A DNA stretch of 64,000 bases, taken from contig OZ024742.1 in NCBI GenBank assembly GCA_964016885.1, forward strand, positions 217,620,001 through 217,684,000, in the 5' to 3' direction. Below the pieces are notes generated by a model, which was not told the DNA's origin, ran no database searches, and worked only from the letters and a program-made list of their open reading frames with translations. Position 1 is the first letter of the stretch, and each line of letters begins with the position of its first letter. Both the position numbers and the translations under genes were made by a program. Of this stretch, positions 62,040 to 64,000 are shown in pieces. Origin of the DNA: Eledone cirrhosa. Taxonomy: Eukaryota.

Positions 62040-62765
62040 CTAGTTGGAGATTGACATTGTTTTTATCAGTTATCATACATTTCGTTTTGGAGATGTTGAT
62101 GTGTAAACCAACCTCTAGTGATTGTGTGACCAATACATTCAGAAAGTCTTGTAGATCAGTTCTAGAGTAACTCATGATAGCCAGATCGTCTGCATAGTTA
62201 AGATTTGATAGGATTTGCTCAAGTTTGTATATCGCGGTCACAAGCTATCATCAAACAACAATGGAATGGTCGCTATTACCGCATCACTCTAGGTTGGGCA
62301 GCTTTCAACAGGAACAAAGAAGTGCTAACATCAAAGCAAATTTCTTATTATTTGAAGATCTTTGACACTTACATCGTACCAGTTGTGTTATATGGTCTTG
62401 ATTGTGTTAACTGGACGACAAGGTCACTTCAGAAGCTCTCTACATTCCAGAACCACATCATGAGACTTATGACTAAGAAACCACTCAGCGACCATATCTC
62501 TATCAATGAGCTACTCAACATCAGTTACCAAGTCAAGAGTACTTAAACTGTATGGTCATATCAAAAGAACAATTTGCGGTGCAAGTAAGTTATACCTAGA
62601 AGGAAAGTTAGCCATAACAGAAGCAAGACCCGTCAGCCAAAACGCTGACTTATGGACTGGACTTGACCATTGCTCTTTAGATTTTGCTGTTGGTGATCAA
62701 CATTTGTGGAGAAGAATATCTCATGTTGATGTGCAGTGTGTAACAGACGGGGTGAGTGTCTAGGA
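62040..62765 (+). mobile_element. RTE LINE 3' part with an inverted 5' segment
   Basis: NYADDLAIM..GLHINISKTKCM on minus (62040-62215); KFVY-GH, RITLGWAAF, PVVLYG, LKLYGHI on plus. Confidence 0.75.
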
Positions 62766-63654
62766 AAGTGTGTATGTGTATATAAAAAAAGAGGTTCGCA
62801 GAAGACAAAGAACACAAAAACAAACAGATCACTCTTATCAGTCAACCTATGGAAATCACTATAGTTTCTGTGCATTAAGTTTGATACTAATCATTCCAAT
62901 GCACATTGGGATGTAACAGAACAAGGAAAAACAGGACAAGTTGTACCTTTCGGTGAATTACACAAATAAAAGCAAAAGATGCTACAAACCAATATGCTTA
63001 AACTGAAAATGAGAAGATAGAAATGCTGTGGGTGGTAGCTTAGCCAAAAATTGAAAAATATCCCCCCAAAATATATTTGAATTACAGTCCTACTTACAAA
63101 GACAAAGAAAAATGACAGGGACATGGAAGAAAGGATTAAGAAAGTGGATGACAAAAAGAAAGATATTGGAGAGTGTAAAGTGTATTTTTTATAGATATTA
63201 AAAAGGCCTGTATGGCTAAGACTATATTGAATATGAATAAAAAAAAAGGGGGAGGGGAGGGGCACCAAATAAAGACAATGTAAAAAAAAACAATCTCTTT
63301 TCATCAGTCAACCTCTGAAAATCACTATAGCTTCCATGCATTAAGGTTGATACTACACCTGTGGACATGCTTACAAAATCAGAAAACAGTACAGCTCTAT
63401 CAGGTAGAGAAAGTCATCGATGGGAGTGGGTGGAGAGATGGTAGCATGGTGGAAGTGGCACAATGGCAGCTATATGTTGCTTGCTGGGAGAGTCATTATT
63501 CACAAGGAGGAAAAAGAAGGGAAAACAAATGTTGGGTGATGAAGTCGGCCTTGAAAAGAGGGAGAGGATGGAACATTCACCATAGTTTTAGTAACCCATT
63601 AAAATGCACCCAGTACACTCTGGAAATTGGTAATGCTTGTGCCACCCCACAAAA

Positions 63655-64000
63655 GATATAGCTGAATCTATGGTTGAACTAAAGAAGAAATGGAAGCATG
63701 GTCTAGATTCAAAAGGCCTTAAAGTTAATTAGTCTAAGAATGAAGTTCTAGTATGTAGAAAGGAAAATAGGGCACAGGTGACCTCTGGGAAATGGCCATG
63801 CTCAGTGTGTAGGAAAGGAGTAAGTAGAAATTCCATTCTATGCCCCAAATGCAAACTATGGGTACATAAAAGATGTAGTGGGATCACAGGCAAGCTATCT
63901 AAGAATGTAGATTTTATATGTGGCTGATGCTCAGGTAAGTAGCAAGTACCCACTGGAAACTAGCTCCTTCAACTACCCAGATGGTTCTATAGAAATAGTA
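63655..64000 (+). mobile_element. RTE LINE RT fragment with a PHD-type finger
   Basis: WKHGLDSKGLKVN then WPCSVCRKGVSRNSILCPKCKLWVHKRCSG...FICG*C. Confidence 0.7.

Overview
AT-rich, repeat-dense eukaryotic DNA, very probably from an octopus or other coleoid cephalopod. That assignment is inferred from the finger style (tgtgatatctgtggtaaatcattctct; [11 protein letters not shown]...HTGEKP) and the repeat types, not from a database search. The core is a tandem cluster of four same-strand C2H2 zinc-finger genes without a KRAB, SCAN or ZAD domain (8481-9758, 19682-21043, 42909-43730 truncated, 49465-50826). Each is preceded by a conserved splice acceptor and, several kb upstream, by a conserved promoter/non-coding exon block (GCGCATG and CCGGATGT motifs, AG|GTATTT donor). 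A fifth such block at ~61 kb predicts another paralog just beyond the window. Introns and spacers hold decayed transposons: L1/Tx1-like ORF1, R4/Dong, CRE, CR1, RTE and Penelope retroelements, a tRNA-derived SINE, a Gypsy pol, two solo LTRs, piggyBac, hAT, mariner, pogo-like, Chapaev and Helitron-like elements, and foldback MITEs. The most unusual observations are: (1) a complete 2.1-kb non-autonomous LTR element whose PBS is a 32-nt copy of the tRNA-Trp 3' end with T at position 58, consistent with RT read-through of m1A58; (2) a near-invariant three-finger core and a SUMO-motif leader in otherwise divergent ZNF paralogs; (3) RTE LINEs with a PHD-type finger inside the RT; (4) a twin-primed, 5'-inverted RTE copy. 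All comparisons to known families were made by eye from memory.
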